Source: Epiperipatus broadwayi (lineage: Eukaryota > Animalia > Onychophora). Taken from it: DNA of 64,000 nt. Made by a program: the position numbers and the translations under genes. The stretch's first letter is position 1. Each line of letters starts with the position of its first letter. The notes below the pieces were generated by a model, which saw nothing but the letters and a program-made list of their open reading frames with translations, had not been told where the DNA came from and made no database searches. Positions 35,551 to 49,093 of the stretch are shown here, in pieces. The DNA is taken from contig JAQFVV010000006.1 in assembly GCA_028023455.1 (NCBI GenBank), forward strand, positions 11,284,001-11,348,000, read 5' to 3'.

Positions 35551-37299
35551 ACATTAGCCATTTACATATCTATTACGAACAATATACAATTTCCATAAGC
35601 AAACTATTAAAAGTTTGCAATATAAGTGTTGCATCAACACATCTCCACAACTGACATCTCTCTTGCGGCTTGGCTAATCTTCTGTTAACTACCCTTTTCT
35701 GATAATAATCATTCCTATACATGAATAAGTACCTCTTTTCATTTGCCGCTATTCCATTTTAGACTGATCACTACTTGTCAGTCAACTAGTCACTTCACTG
35801 ATTACACTTTACTGTTCTCATCACTTTAATCCCGCTGTTCATCGGTCTATATCAGGAAGGGTATATTTACTCTGATTTGTATGCAAATGTTTTTATTTGC
35901 ATACAAATTCTATTTCAATTAAATCTGTGATCAGGATGATCATTTTATGGATTTTCTAGAGTAGGTTCCTACAAAAATGAATGACTTCGAAGTGTAGAAA
36001 TCCATGCGTATTTGCAAAAATAAATGATTTTTATTTACATCTATGTTTTTACATGTACAGAATTTCCAAATATCATTGTCAATCAAAAGAATGATGGTCC
36101 TTTACTTAGTAAAACATTCTTATCTTTAGAAAATTTAGATGATGTTAGATTTATGAAAGGGTCTTGGTTTTTCCACATTATAGTTTATGTATTTACAAAA
36201 TTGTTGATCGGTAAAATTAAGTATGAATTTTTGATCCAATATTTATTTAACATCCAGGTCTATTCTGTACCATTTATCACTATGGCTATGAATATGAGGC
36301 AACATGCTTCGAAAATGCTTGCCGTTTAACTTTTGTATAGACTTATAAGAATAATTATTATAGCTTCTCTTTCCAGTGCCTCACATGCTTCTAATTTTAA
36401 TATAAATTAGTATAAATTATTTGTCAAGGATATTTAAGCGAATAAATTTTTATTAGTTCAATTATTATTATTATTGAAGTTATTCAAGATTATTCAACAG
36501 TTGTTGAAATTATTCAACATCGTTTTGAAGTTATTCCGGCTATTCGGCTGCTGTAATTTGTTATTGCATTACTATATTTTGTGGTCTTCATCATCGTGGA
36601 CTTCTAGCAATGTATAAAAATATCTATGAATTCTCTAACACCAACATGTCCTTCTAGACTTGAAAAAGAGGTGTTAATCTGGATTTTGACCATGCAGTTC
36701 CTATACATGCAATAGCCTAAGATGTAACAAAAATCCTTGACCTCCCATTGCTGAGGCATCCACCCATCATTCATTCAAGACTATGGTTGAACAATGAAAT
36801 GAAAATAGATGCTGTTCTAGAAAAAAGAAGCTATAAACAGGTAAGGAAACTGGAAACCAATTTAAGAAACTGTTTATAAACTCTAGAATTCAGGGGTGAT
36901 CATTCCAGAAATCTATAGCCAAAACCTAAGTCAATGTAAGACTTAAAAGAAATATGAGGGGCAATATTTTTCTTTATAAACTTTCTTAAAACTAGAAATG
37001 CATAAACTCTTATTTCCTAATTTAAATTGGAATTAACTATGCTAAATAACTTTATAATTAGTTTGATTTTATTTTGTTCTTGTTGTTATAATTTCATTTG
37101 TAAATATGTTGTTTTAATTGTTAATTTGGTCTGAATTCTCTTCTTTTCCATAAATCATTGTATAAAATTTAGTTAAGACAAAATGTGTCAATTATATTAT
37201 TTTGTATTTTAAATATGCATTATATGATGCCTTAAATTAATGGAATTTTCTTGTTTATTTGAGCTAGCAGTGAAATCAAATTCTAGGAGTGTTTAAAAT

Positions 37300-37800
37300 C
37301 TCTTGTGAATATTCCAGTTAATTCTCTGGATGGTGCCCAAGGTTTTATCTACAGAAGATATATTTGCTTCCAGCAGTTATAGAATGGGTGTAAGTCTTGA
37401 AATGTAGCTGCAGTCTGTGTATTTATAGACAATTGAAGTCTGACCGATATGGTCAATATGTAAAATATTGACTATATTTTCCCCTCTGCTTGTGTAACAG
37501 TTCAGATATAAATTTATTGAAAAACAAGTGATGTTCCTTATAATATTATATATAGCTGTTATAGATATTTTTATTTATTGTTGTTGTCCATTTGAATAAT
37601 TAGTTAGCTATCTTCCAAATTATGACAAATACCATTTCATTTTACATTTATCTTGTGATTGTTGATGTACCTTAGAGTTTTATCCTATCATAAACTCAGT
37701 TCCTTCTTTATATAAATCTTTCTTTTATATGTAACTATATTGCTATTACTCATGTTAGCACTCTATGTTCAAATGTATCTCTTAATAATTTATAAATATC
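37300..37800 (-). mobile_element. Possible very decayed PLE RT fragment
   Basis: Weak thumb-like VYK.TD..Y and DLHP motifs only. Confidence 0.3.
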
Positions 37801-38039
37801 TTCGACCACAGTCAATCAAAGAAATTCATTGATTAAGTGATGGTCTCCAAAAAAATGAAGGAAGGAATATCAAGTTCAGTTCATTTGACCTGCAGAAGTT
37901 GTAGATGATCTATAAGATAGAAAAACTCTTTTCTTAAATATTGTTACATATATTGGATCATAGGTTAGAGGTCATGACTAACTGTGCATCTGTACATGAT
38001 TGATATTAAACCATATTGCTTAAGACATCAGTTTAGTTA

Positions 38040-38285
38040 TTTTCATAAGAAATATGATATATTAGGAGTACTAGAAGAGATCGAAAACCAAATATATGGG
38101 TGAGAAATATTTTCATGAGTATATATGTTAGGAGTAATAAGAAGAGATTGAAAATGAGATACATGGGTGAGAGCACAGAAGTTAATGACATCATGAGATG
38201 GGTTGGACATATTGCTAGAAGAGATGATAATAGATAGACAATTGAAATCTTAAAACTGGATTACAAGAGATTATAAAAAACCTAG
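38040..38285 (+). mobile_element. RTE-type LINE 3' fragment
   Basis: gttggacatattgctagaagagatgataatagatagacaattgaaatctta matches the family. Confidence 0.8.
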
Positions 38286-38399
38286 AATACTTTAAATAAT
38301 CAAATTTCAATGTTAAAATTTGTCCATAATGTTGCCATCTATATATAAAATTTAAAAGAAAATTAAAATAGACAACTCACTATAAATTAAAAAAAATAT

Positions 38400-39290
38400 T
38401 TAATACATCAATCTGGCTTTCATTCCTTAATGAAGCCTTTTCAAGATGTTTCTTTTTACATAATCACATGACCAATTACCCTACAGCAACTCTCCCCAAT
38501 GAACATTATTTATATTACAATATAATTATTAAAATACATACATTGAATATAATTAATAAAATACATATATGTACTTATTACATCCCCCCCCATAATATAT
38601 ATATATATTTACAAATAATCTTAAAAAAATCAATAATAATCCCTTCCTTTTATTTTTAAAATTATAACTTTCCAATAATCTAAAAATGCCCGTTTTCTCC
38701 CCAATTATGCTGGACCTGTAACCATGTTTACACATTTGCTTAAATTTTCTTCAATATACAAAGTTTCGTAACATTTTTTTTCCTTGTAATTTTTAGTATA
38801 CTTTATTATCTGAATATTTTTTTCACAATTCATTTTATGTCCTGCTTCCAAAAAATGTATATATGGCCCTGATCTTATATCCTTTCTGTTGATTTCCCTA
38901 TCATACTCCTTATCTCTTTCCATGGTAGTCTTTCCTGTTTGACCTATATATATCATATTGCGAGATCACAACTAATTTTATAAACCAACCCTACCCTATT
39001 TTTAATATTTCCCATCCTTTATGAGTTACATATCCATTTCCCTAAAGATTTACTATTTTTCCATCCTATCTTAATATCATCAGGTAACTTCTTTTATCAA
39101 TGTTTTATATAGATGCTCTGAATATGGAACCAAAACCCACTTCCTATTTGTATACTCATGCCTTACACTAACTTTTGTACTATTTTTATTATTTCTAAAA
39201 ATCTTTTTAATATCTTTTCTTTTATATCCCATAGTAACATAATCATTCTGAATTTCCAAATTTTTTTGCAAATGCTTCTTTTATATTCAA
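38400..39290 (-). mobile_element. Penelope-like element 3' part (linker, GIY-YIG endonuclease, 3' UTR with decayed HHR)
   Basis: MGYKRKDIKKI..WVLVPYS; IYIGQTGK..HFLEAGH..YETLYI; paralogous to 18730-19130. Confidence 0.9.
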
Positions 39291-39299
39291 TGTTAACTT

Positions 39300-39445
39300 A
39301 GAAAGAAATCACATGTGAGATAGATGGATGAAGTAGGGAAGTATGCTGGAGTGATGTGGACAAGAGAGGCTAGAGATTGAAGATGGGTTGAACTTGGAGA
39401 GACCTTAATCCTGCAAAGGATCAATATTGTTTAAAAATGATAGCA
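39300..39445 (+). mobile_element. RTE-type LINE extreme 3' end
   Basis: cacatgtgagatagatggatgaa..aatcctgca. Confidence 0.8.
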
Positions 39446-39689
39446 AACTCTGATATCGGAATTGGCATAGATGTAAAAATAATTCCTAGATTGTAACTGT
39501 AAATAAATAAAATATATATTTTATTATATAAACCTAATAAAAGCAAGTTTGGGATATTTTTAATTGTTTCACATTTTGGTACAAATTAGTAATAAATGTA
39601 CCTCTCAGATACATGTGACTTCCTCTGGAATTTTTTTGACTCCAACTACTGCAGTTAAAACTTAATTTAATCTTTTTTTCTAAAATATG

Positions 39690-39930
39690 TAACTTCAGAT
39701 TAAAACTTTTCAACTTATCAATAAGTGTCATGATCAAAATTTCATGATAATGATGATGGAGGAGGAAAAATAAATAACTTCAGATCAAACATTTTCAACT
39801 TATTAGAATCTGGCATGATCAAAATTTCATGATGATGATGATAAAAGAGAAGGAAATAATTTCAAATTAAAATCTTTCAACATATTAATAATTGGCATGA
39901 TCAAATTTCATGATGATGAAGGAAAAGGAG
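39690..39930. repeat. Tandem repeat, about 3 copies of about 85 bp
   Basis: Unit aacttcagat..ttttcaac..catgatcaaaatttcatgatgatg. Confidence 0.85.
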
Positions 39931-40856
39931 AGGAACAAAAAGAAAAAGGATGAAGAGAAATAGGAGAAAAAGAAAGATGAAGGAGAAAGATTAAAAATTA
40001 TTCTCTCATGCATAATTTCTTGTCTACATTTTAATGATAGACAAAACTTATTAAACTTTCCAGTCTAGTTCTAAAAATATGAATATGATAAAGCTAAAAA
40101 TGTTTGCAGTGGTAGGAATGCCAAACAAATGATCATTAACTTTATCACTTAGTCTTAACACCATACTGTCTAGTTAATCCAATTTGTCTCTAAGAAAAAT
40201 ATATTCCCATAATACATATACATCATTATTATTATTACTATAAAACACAATCAACATAGGCTCCTGAAATTCATATGAATAACATTTAAACTCAAAGATT
40301 AATATATTAAATTCCAGGACAAAGGCTACTTACCTATTTAATTCTTCTTTGTCTCTACTAATAAATTGTATATTCAATATACAGTCAAATCTATAAGCTC
40401 TACACAACCTTAAAACATATGGGTAAAAGTATAACTAAAAACCATTATAAGAAATATCATCCTTGCAAAATTGAATTGTAACATTTGCTATAGATAAATA
40501 TGAAACTGTAATAATGAAGTCATGTTTGGGCAAAGATATGAGTCAATAGATTATGGCTAGTTTCTGCCAGAAATGTTTTGGAATCATTTACTTTTTACAT
40601 ATATCCATACCTATGTTTTAAGGGTATATAACAGGGGTTGGAAGTGTTTTGGTCATAAAAACCATATATAATCCTTTTCATACATTTTTGAAAATCTAAA
40701 AATCACAATTCTTTGGTAATAAGATTCACATACAATTTTTTTTGTATGTTTTTGAATATGTGAGAGCTGCAGTTCTGCAGTAATAAGAGCCACGTATAAT
40801 CCTTTACATTCATTTTTAAATGTATATATATATATAGAGAGAGAGAGGAAGGAAAT

Positions 40857-42020
40857 CAAGTCATACATCACATGATTTAATTTAATAAGCTTGTACTACA
40901 AATGTTATACAATGAGCATGAATGTTATATATAGAGCTTGCAAAATAAGCCTTTAACAAGCTTTGCAGAATATACCCAACACCAGACCAGTTTCTCTACT
41001 GGTGTCCTCAATGAGGTGCTAGGATATTCAAGCATTAGATTAAAAATACCAGGGCAAGCCCAGTACTTTATCTAATGTATAACTATTAAGCAGAAAATCT
41101 GAAATTTTCAGACATCCGTATGTCTTCCAATCCAGCTATCTAACTTAAGTAGCCATATGGGACTGAACTAAGTTCAGATACACCATATATTAATAGCTTT
41201 AGCAATATAAAATCACCAAAGCCTTAATAGCAAAAAATAAAATTACAAAAAAATCAAGTCAGATGTCACATGACCTAATTTAATAAACTTGTATTTACTA
41301 ATGTTATATATAGAGCTCACAAAATAAGCTCTTAACAAATTTTGCACAAAAAAAGTGCTGGGCCTGTCCAGGTATTTTTAATCTAATGCTTGAATATCCT
41401 GGCACCTCACTGAGGATGCCAGTAGCAGAAACCGGTCAGAGTTGGGGATATTCTGCAAAGCTTGTTAAGAGCTTTTTTTGTGAGATCTATATATAACATT
41501 TGTAAACACAAGCTTGTCAAATTAGGTCATGTGACATCTGACTTGATTTTTTTTTTTTGTAATGAGCATGAATATCTCTTAATAAGCTTTTCTGAATAAC
41601 CAACAGCTAGAAACACATCTGGGGTTAAGAATAATAAAAAAAGCTTGTTAAGAGCTATTCACATCATTATATATTTGTAGTACAAGCTTATTAAGTCACA
41701 TGATGTATGACACTTTCTTTGCAATTATAGTTTTGCTCTTGAGGCTTTGACAATGTTATATTGCTAAAGCTGTAAATATATGGTGTATCTGAACTTAGTT
41801 CAGTCCCATATGGCTATTTAAGTTAGATACCTGGATTTGAAGACATAGATTTCAGATTTACTTAATAGTTAACTATTAGATAAATGCTAGAATTAAGTTG
41901 GTATTTTTAGATCTAATGTCTAAATATTCTAGTGCCTCACTGATGAAAACCAACAGCTAGAAACTGATCTGGGGATAGAGATATTTGGAAAGCTTGCTAA
42001 GAGCTATTCATCCTCATTAC
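40857..42020. mobile_element. Rearranged nest of HHR family B copies (four cores or part-cores)
   Basis: Cores at about 40975-41025 (-), 41401-41445 (+, CTGAGGA-TGC-cagta-GCA-GAAA-CCGG-TC), 41595-41625 (+, partial) and 41933-41975 (+); nested inverted arms. Confidence 0.85.
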
Positions 42021-42032
42021 ATATATATATAT

Positions 42033-43264
42033 TGTAACCCTCATGTCTGAGTTTACAGGTATTGCTTTAATGCGAATATTTTTTCGTTATTATGTATACC
42101 AAAATATTAAAGTCATGGATATAGAATAAATTTTTAAAATGTTTTTCTAAAACGTTAAAAAGAAAATAAGTGTAAAGATAAAATGTGTTAGTACTTTATT
42201 CCTTTAAAAATAAAAAATATTTTTTTCTTTTTAAAACAAAAATGTTTTTATGGTAACCAATAGAAGGTTTTAAAACTCGTCTGCTTTTCAAAAAACCAGA
42301 AATAGAATCGTAACACCACTTTGTCATAATATCACCTACTCTTAAAGAAGTCAAAGAAATTTTATAAAGATTTTTAGATTTATATCATACATTTTATGGA
42401 GTAGAGGACCCTTCAGGATGATTTCCCTGAACTTTCCAGTAGTGTAGCTGAATATAGAGCTGTTGACAAAAATATGCCCTAAAATTTAATCTTGATTCTA
42501 CTCATCTATTCATCATTATTGAACGCTGAAGAAATATCTAACATTTACTTGCTGAAGAAAGAAAAAAACTAATCATTTAAAGTTATTATTCCATGGAAAC
42601 ATGTTTCTATAATTAACATATGAATCTACATATTTTAAATGCTCATAAGAAAATTACCTCAGAAGGAACAATAGATGCTGTATTCTTTTATTGCCAGAAA
42701 ACATTAAAATTCAGTGAATAATGGTTATGTTCCTATGCTTACGGAAACAAGATGTATATGTAAACTTACAAAAAACATCAAAGTAAATCAACTGAACTTT
42801 CTAGTTATCTTCAAAGATATTGTAAGTTACAGAGATTTTTTCCCTCTCACATGTGATCGTCATATAAGCTTCTTAACTGTAAGTAAATAAATAGATCATA
42901 TAATACTATTTTTTCATTAAAGTTATTGTTTGTTGTTAATAATTTTGTTTGTCGTTCCTTCCAAACCAAGCTGATTATTTATTTATTAATGTGATAACTT
43001 ATTAGGTGGAGAGGGATAATGATTAGGAAATGTATTTGGATCTGCATGGAAACTTATTTTTATGTAGGCTCAATCTGATCATTACTCGTGATTAGAAGTT
43101 ACTCGTCAAAAATAAATTGTATTCAATTACTCCACCATGTACATGGTCATCCATTAGCTGTCTTTAAATTCCCCTAGACAAAAATTTAATTGCCAAATAT
43201 TTTTTTATTATTTAATTGTTAACTGAATTCATTGCCCATTGTTCAATAGGGTGTTACTGTTACA
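42033..43264. mobile_element. Solo-LTR-like element, 1232 bp, TGTAAC..GTTACA termini, 4-bp TSD ATAT
   Basis: atat at 42029-42032 and 43265-43268; the TSD lies in a TA run, so it is less diagnostic. Confidence 0.55.
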
Positions 43265-44199
43265 ATATATACACTAAATATATTTTTGAATATTCAAGAG
43301 TAACAGAAAATATTATTTTAAAACTGTACTTATTAATAATAAAATATACAATTATACTTGGCAACAAATGTTAAAACTTTTTTACAACCAAATACAATAA
43401 TAAATTTGACAATATCAATTCCTTTGACTGGTTTCAATTAAAAATTACAAAATTTAAAGTTTCAAAAATATCTAATTTTTACTTATCTTTAACACATTTG
43501 TGAAATAAAATATTCTATTATTGACAGATTATTTTAAAAATTTTTTTTAGGAAAAATGACAATGAAAATAAAGTGCCGCACAGAGTAGGTTCGAAAGCAG
43601 TAGGCGATTTGTGAGCCCTAATTTCCCCATCAGCGGTATATAAAGTTTATACGTTTTATTGCATAATTGAATACATCAAACATGATTTAATGATTGAGAT
43701 ATTCATTCTCAATTGAATTTCAAGTTTATATCCGGATTAAAAAATTAAATAATTTATAGGCTAAAATTAATTAGTAAAAATTTTAACACATTTTATCAAA
43801 ACAATAGCAACAAAAAAATTAAATAATGTCACCATTGTGATTGAATTGTAATAAATAACTAGGAATAATTATTAAATTATGATAATTAAAGCAGATATGG
43901 ACAAGAACCAAGTAAAATGCATCTAAGAGATCATATCTTTATCTATATATTTTAAGAATAAACAGAATTTGTAAATATCTTGTTTTATTAGTTCCTTCTT
44001 AACTATAATATCTAATATTTTTTTTAATTTCATCATTACTTATTAATATTCATTAAAGTATCTCACGTTAAAGGCTGCTTCTCAATGGCGACTGACAATA
44101 CTGAATGCACACTATTTGGTAATTATTCAAAGTACCATTTCCTTCGTATCATTACTTCACTTACTATTCATATATGTCTAGCATCATTATAAAAAATGT

Positions 44200-44630
44200 T
44201 GGTAAAATGAAAAATACTCGTAGAAAACATAGTCTTTTTTAATATTTAGCTTAAAAAATAACTGCTTAGCATGATTTCAATATATTTACTATATCATATT
44301 CATGGTATAGTGGTGTGATTAAATTGCTTTTTTTATATCAGTATTTAATCAATGTTTATTTAACTCATCACATATTCAATTTTAAATTAAAATTTAGAAA
44401 CAAGCATACCCATTTCAAAGAAATAGACTATTTGAATATTCAATTTTAAACTAAAATCAAATACGTGAACAGTTAATTAAATATTGATTAAATACTGATA
44501 GAAGGTACCATTTAATCATACCATTATATGCCACAAATATGATTTCGTAAATATATTGAAAGTATGCTAGGCAGTAATAAAGCTAAATATTAAAAAAAGA
44601 CTACCTTTTCTGTGAGTATTTTACTACGTT
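44200..44630. repeat. Diverged inverted repeat (about 190-bp arms)
   Basis: 44200-44395 versus the reverse complement of 44440-44630. Confidence 0.85.
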
Positions 44631-45294
44631 AGCTCAGAAAAGAAGAATACCAACTGAATTATAAAAAAAATTGCAAATACCTTACTTTAATTGTGTTAAA
44701 GTTTAATTATTTTACAGTATTTAATATACATTATTTAATATAGATGTAGAAACTAAAACATCTTATAAACTAATTTTACCTCTTTATAATACTGTTTAAA
44801 AGAAAATAGAGGGAGGGAGTGGATAACATATTTTTAATTATTCAAAAAATGTAATTGAAATTTGGCATAACTCGAAAATTAATGTAAGTAATTAAAAAAT
44901 TGTTAATTACATATCATCCATTATTTTAAACACTATTAGAAATTTCTATTTCAAATAATAGACATTGTTTTTTATTTAATAAATAATATAGGTTTTATTC
45001 ACAGTTGTAAGTAGCTAAATAAAGTCATCATCAAATGGCAGTCTAAATATGCAATCAGGGGATTCTTAGCACCCTCTGGCTTCCATTCCCAAATGTGGAT
45101 TTAATTGATAACTTTATTGCTCAGATAATACATTCATAAGAATGCTTCTCGTAAGCTAATTCTATAAAGAATTTATATATTAATATTGTTAATAACTAAA
45201 TTTTTACGAATTACACCTGGGTCTCATTTTATGTGGTATAGGTTCCTCAGAAAACGCGCACAAAAGAAATTGCACAAAAATAAACTTAACTTAC

Positions 45295-45339
45295 CTTGAA
45301 AAATGGGGGATAGGTTCTATAATTTTCAGAACTCGGCAT
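45295..45339 (-). CDS. Candidate first coding exon MPSSENYRTYPPFFK
   Basis: ATG followed by 15 codons and a perfect AG|GTAAGT donor, about 200 bp from a CpG-retaining motif cluster. Confidence 0.3.
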
Positions 45340-45529
45340 AAAAGCAAAGCAACAAGGAAAAATTACTTTAAAATTCGCATTAAAAAAATAAGGAAATAAA
45401 GTATGACTAATAAAAAGTTTCAAATATTTGAAAAAAATTAATACAAGACAAACTTTTTTTACTTTTTTTATTAACTACAATATTTAAGTTTACATGTTTT
45501 CATATGTATTTTAATCATTACGCCTATTT

Positions 45530-45610
45530 GACAATATGCGTTCGTTTGTGAACTAGTAAGAAATCAGATTCGTGACGTGATGTACAACTAGCGCCACTGT
45601 CAGTCTTGTG
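45530..45610. promoter_or_regulatory. Candidate promoter region
   Basis: Locally CpG-rich; TGACGTGA (45573-45580) and CTAGCGCCAC (45588-45597). Confidence 0.3.
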
Positions 45611-46304
45611 CTGTGTTAATGGTTTTCCGTTTCTATATTAAAAAAATGAGATCGCAATCAAAACAAAAAGATTATACATTATCATTAGAAAGATTATTTT
45701 CAGTTTATAAAATCAATAAAATATTCGTTATTATTTATTTTAAAAATCTAAAAAAATATTTGTTTCTGTTTATATCTAACAAAATACGTTTTAAAAATTT
45801 AAAATTTTTGAATATTTATTGCAATATTTTTATATGTACATATAAATCTATTATTATTATTTACACATTAGTATAAGTAGGTTATTTACATAGAAGCTAA
45901 GATTCTAAATACAGCTTCAGGCCATATTCACATTAGCTGCTAATATAACATTATATTTTTGAAAGAAAAAAAAAGTATTTCAAGTCAAAATAAGTTATTA
46001 GTAATTTAAATTTCTTGATATCCAATAAATATAGTGAAATATGAAAGATATTAAAAAGAAACATGAATCGTATAACTTCAAAATCGCATTAAAATAATCT
46101 GCATAAATCGAGATCCACGTGTATATATACACACACACATATATTTATTCATCCAATATATATTCAATATTACTTAACAAAAAATCATGCAATTAAAATA
46201 AATAACAATAAAAAGTGATTAGTTATCAAAACAGGAAGTGGTAAATTTAAAATATAGAAAAACAATAGAAGATAAACAATTCACGCAAATAAATAATAAA
46301 TCAA

Positions 46305-46425
46305 ATGACTTCATTGCTTGGGAGTTCACAAAAGGTTTGGGCACCAGAAATTCCAGAACTGAAATAGATATAAGAACCTTATACTTCCAAATCTACCAAT
46401 ACACCAAACCACACAGGGCAAATCA
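46305..46425 (-). mobile_element. tRNA-derived SINE family 2 (old)
   Basis: attgcttgggagttcac..tctaccaatacacc matches 55395-55520. Confidence 0.65.
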
Positions 46426-46799
46426 CATAAGTAATGTGTAAATAATGAAATGATAATGTCTCCTACACACAGTATAGTAGATGAGTAATCATAATAGTGT
46501 TTGTGATTATATATATATTTAATTTCTATAAGTGAAAAAGAAATGTACATCCAACTTATGTATCATAAATAATACAATAAAAGTCTAAAAGAAATCAAAT
46601 CTAAAAAAATAAACATTACATACAGTAGATAGGTTATTTAAATTATTTCTGACTCTTAACAAATATCAATATAAGCTATTAACTGCTATAAAAAAACACA
46701 CACATCACTTTATATAAAAGAAATAAAGAATATTTATAGTAACAATCTCAATTATAAAAGTTAATTTACATCTATAAAAAAAAAAGTCATATAATTTAT

Positions 46800-46900
46800 T
46801 TGCACGGGAGTTTATAAAAATTTCAAGTGCCGAAATTGATTCCAAGACCTCCCTCCCGATCCCAAGATGGATACTCTACTGACTGCGCCAAATTAAATGG
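46800..46900 (-). mobile_element. tRNA-derived SINE family 2
   Basis: ctcccgatcccaagatggatactctactgactgcgcc is the reverse complement of the tRNA head. Confidence 0.7.
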
Positions 46901-48237
46901 CAATTTATATGTGTTTTGTATCAAAATGAAATTAAATAAAAATCTTAATCACAAAATTATTTTAATCCTAAATAAAAAAGTTATAAATCGTTTTCACTTC
47001 ATGAATGTAAAAAAAAAAAAAACAACTATTGCATGATGGGATTATCACTATCGTATCAATTATTTAATCTTCATCTTTATGCATACGAACAATCTTTAGC
47101 AGGTGTCTATATATAATGAGCACATATTATGTTAGATGCTTGTAAAATAAAAAACCGCTTTGTTGCTAGCAGGACTTGTGCTGGTCACTTTATGGGCACA
47201 CACAGTTACATGCTGATGATGTTTTCCGTGTTCACCACAAAATCCATTGTGTATTCTTGAAACGTAATGAAACTACTGTGCATTGACTATAAAATGTTTT
47301 TAAACAACAAATAATACCATGCAAGTTAGAACTATCAGTTAGCCAGGATGTTTCTATAAAGCTGTTTAATAGTCAATCTACATATAAAAATATAGATGAA
47401 AGAAATCTCATCCTAAAACAAAAATCCAATAGTATACAGGGGAATTGCGAATTATGCTGTACTTTATTCCAAATCATTCTCGCATTCAATGTATATAGTG
47501 AACAGCTCACATTTCGTTGACAAAGTGATTAGAATAAGTATTATTTGAATTGCAAGTATATATTACTTTTGACACATATGTATGTATATTATGGACACTT
47601 TTTTATATATAATATATATCAAAATTGTAGTATAAACAAAATTAAAAAAATTAATAATATAGTTATTAATAACAAATTGAGGGGACACATTTACATATAT
47701 TGAGTATTCACTCATGCATTCATTGAAGCAAAAAAAATATGAAAAAAAAACTAATGTATTTTTATTTTAAAAATAAAGTAAATAGTAGAGTATTGAACTT
47801 TTTTAGCAATTAAATACACTCTAAGCAACATTCTTTTGTTTTCAATAACTTTTTTCTCTTATAAAAACATAATAGTGATCTTATTATCAAGAAATTAGGA
47901 TTTCTCTTAATTATTTTAATGTTTTTAAAACAATTGCAACTTTTATTAGGTTCTAAAATTTTGTAAAACTTTTAGCATTATGTTCAGAAAATATTCCATT
48001 ATGCAAAATATAGCACATCAAATTTGAAAAAGATAATAAAATTTGAATAAAATGTATATACTTTCAACATAAACTGAAGAAATTTTGTTGATATATATAA
48101 TCACATAAGGTGTTCAGAGATGGAAAAATGGCTGCCGAATATCATAAAATTTGAATATTTTAATGATTCTTTTTTGTTCATTTACATTTTTCTTTGTGTA
48201 ATTAGATACAGAATAATTTGTGAATCTACCACATGTC

Positions 48238-49000
48238 ACCATCATCATCATTAACCATTATCAATCCACTGCAGAATGAATGTCTCTCCTAGTTCAATCC
48301 ATCTCTGATCTTTAGCATCTCTTCTCCACATCACCCCTGCATACTTTCTTACTTCATACAAACATCTCACATGTGGTTTCTTTCCGGGTCTTTTACAATC
48401 TCTTGGAATCCAGTTTAAGATTTCAATTGTCCATCTATTATCATCTCGTCTAGCAATATGTCCAGCCCAACTCCACTTCAGTTTTTAATTTTTTCATTGA
48501 GGTCAGTAACACCTGTTTGTTCTCTTTCCCATATATTGCATTTTTAATCTCTTCTTGTTACTCCTAACATGCATCTCTCCATACTTCTGAGTAGTCTCAA
48601 GTCTGTATTGCTCTTCTATTAACTGTCCAAGTCTCAGATCCATAAGTAAGAACTGGTAAAACACATTTATTAAAAACCTTCCTTTTCAAACACATAGGCA
48701 TATTTCCTTTTAATATCAAGTTATTTCTACCAAAAGCACTCCAACCAAGTTTAATTCTATGATTAATTTCATCCATTATGTTTCCATCTGTATTAATAAT
48801 CTGACCAAGGTATTTGTAACTGTTAACTTCTTCTAACTCATCACAATCAATCTTTATTTTCATATTTCGAGAAAATCCATTAAACATTCCTTTAGTCTTT
48901 TTAGCATTTATCTTTAGTCCTACTTTCATCTGATAACTACTGCAGCTCTAAAGCATCATTTGCAAAAACAACTACATCATCTGCAAAATCTAAATGACTT
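48238..49000 (-). mobile_element. RTE-type LINE, RT C-terminus to 3' tail
   Basis: HLDFADDVVVF near 48965-49000; GLKINAKKTK..YKYLGQ..RIKLGWSAF; (GAT)n tail. Confidence 0.95.
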
Positions 49001-49093
49001 AATATTAAAATATTAAACCCAGCATTTAAAAAATGCTACATGAAATTATTATCATGGAAAGAGGATTTGTATTGTTAGAGATCAATACATTTT

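Larger units (their letters stand above)
33300..36400 (-). mobile_element. Near-full-length decayed Penelope-like retroelement, interrupted by family B and F insertions
   Basis: N-terminal NLTSSKFSKDKNVLLSKGPSF (about 36090-36160); RT motif A MDIEK.YPNIP (about 35010-35040); motif B KG.IMGCAISGLMS (about 34810-34870); RYV; thumb LDIGI (about 34050); GIY-YIG GVYKINCNQCDITYYGQTG (33600-33665). Confidence 0.85.

Noticed and set aside
36024-36329. 101-aa plus-strand ORF
   Set aside because: It is the antisense shadow of the PLE N-terminal region on the minus strand.
36600-36800. Open minus-strand stretch WVDASAMGGQG..GHVGVREFIDILY
   Set aside because: Flanked by stops, no splice signals, and no motif I can assign.
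43551-43610. Plus-strand exon candidate KNDNENKVPHRVGSKAVGD
   Set aside because: Isolated, with no partner exons found.
44521-44581. Open 61-nt minus-strand exon candidate (LYYCLAYFQYIYEIIFVAYN) with good splice sites
   Set aside because: It lies wholly within one arm of the 44200-44630 inverted repeat, so the signals are probably repeat-derived.
47120-47200. LDACK..TCAGHF resembling a THAP domain end
   Set aside because: Too short; the upstream C2CH residues are not recoverable.
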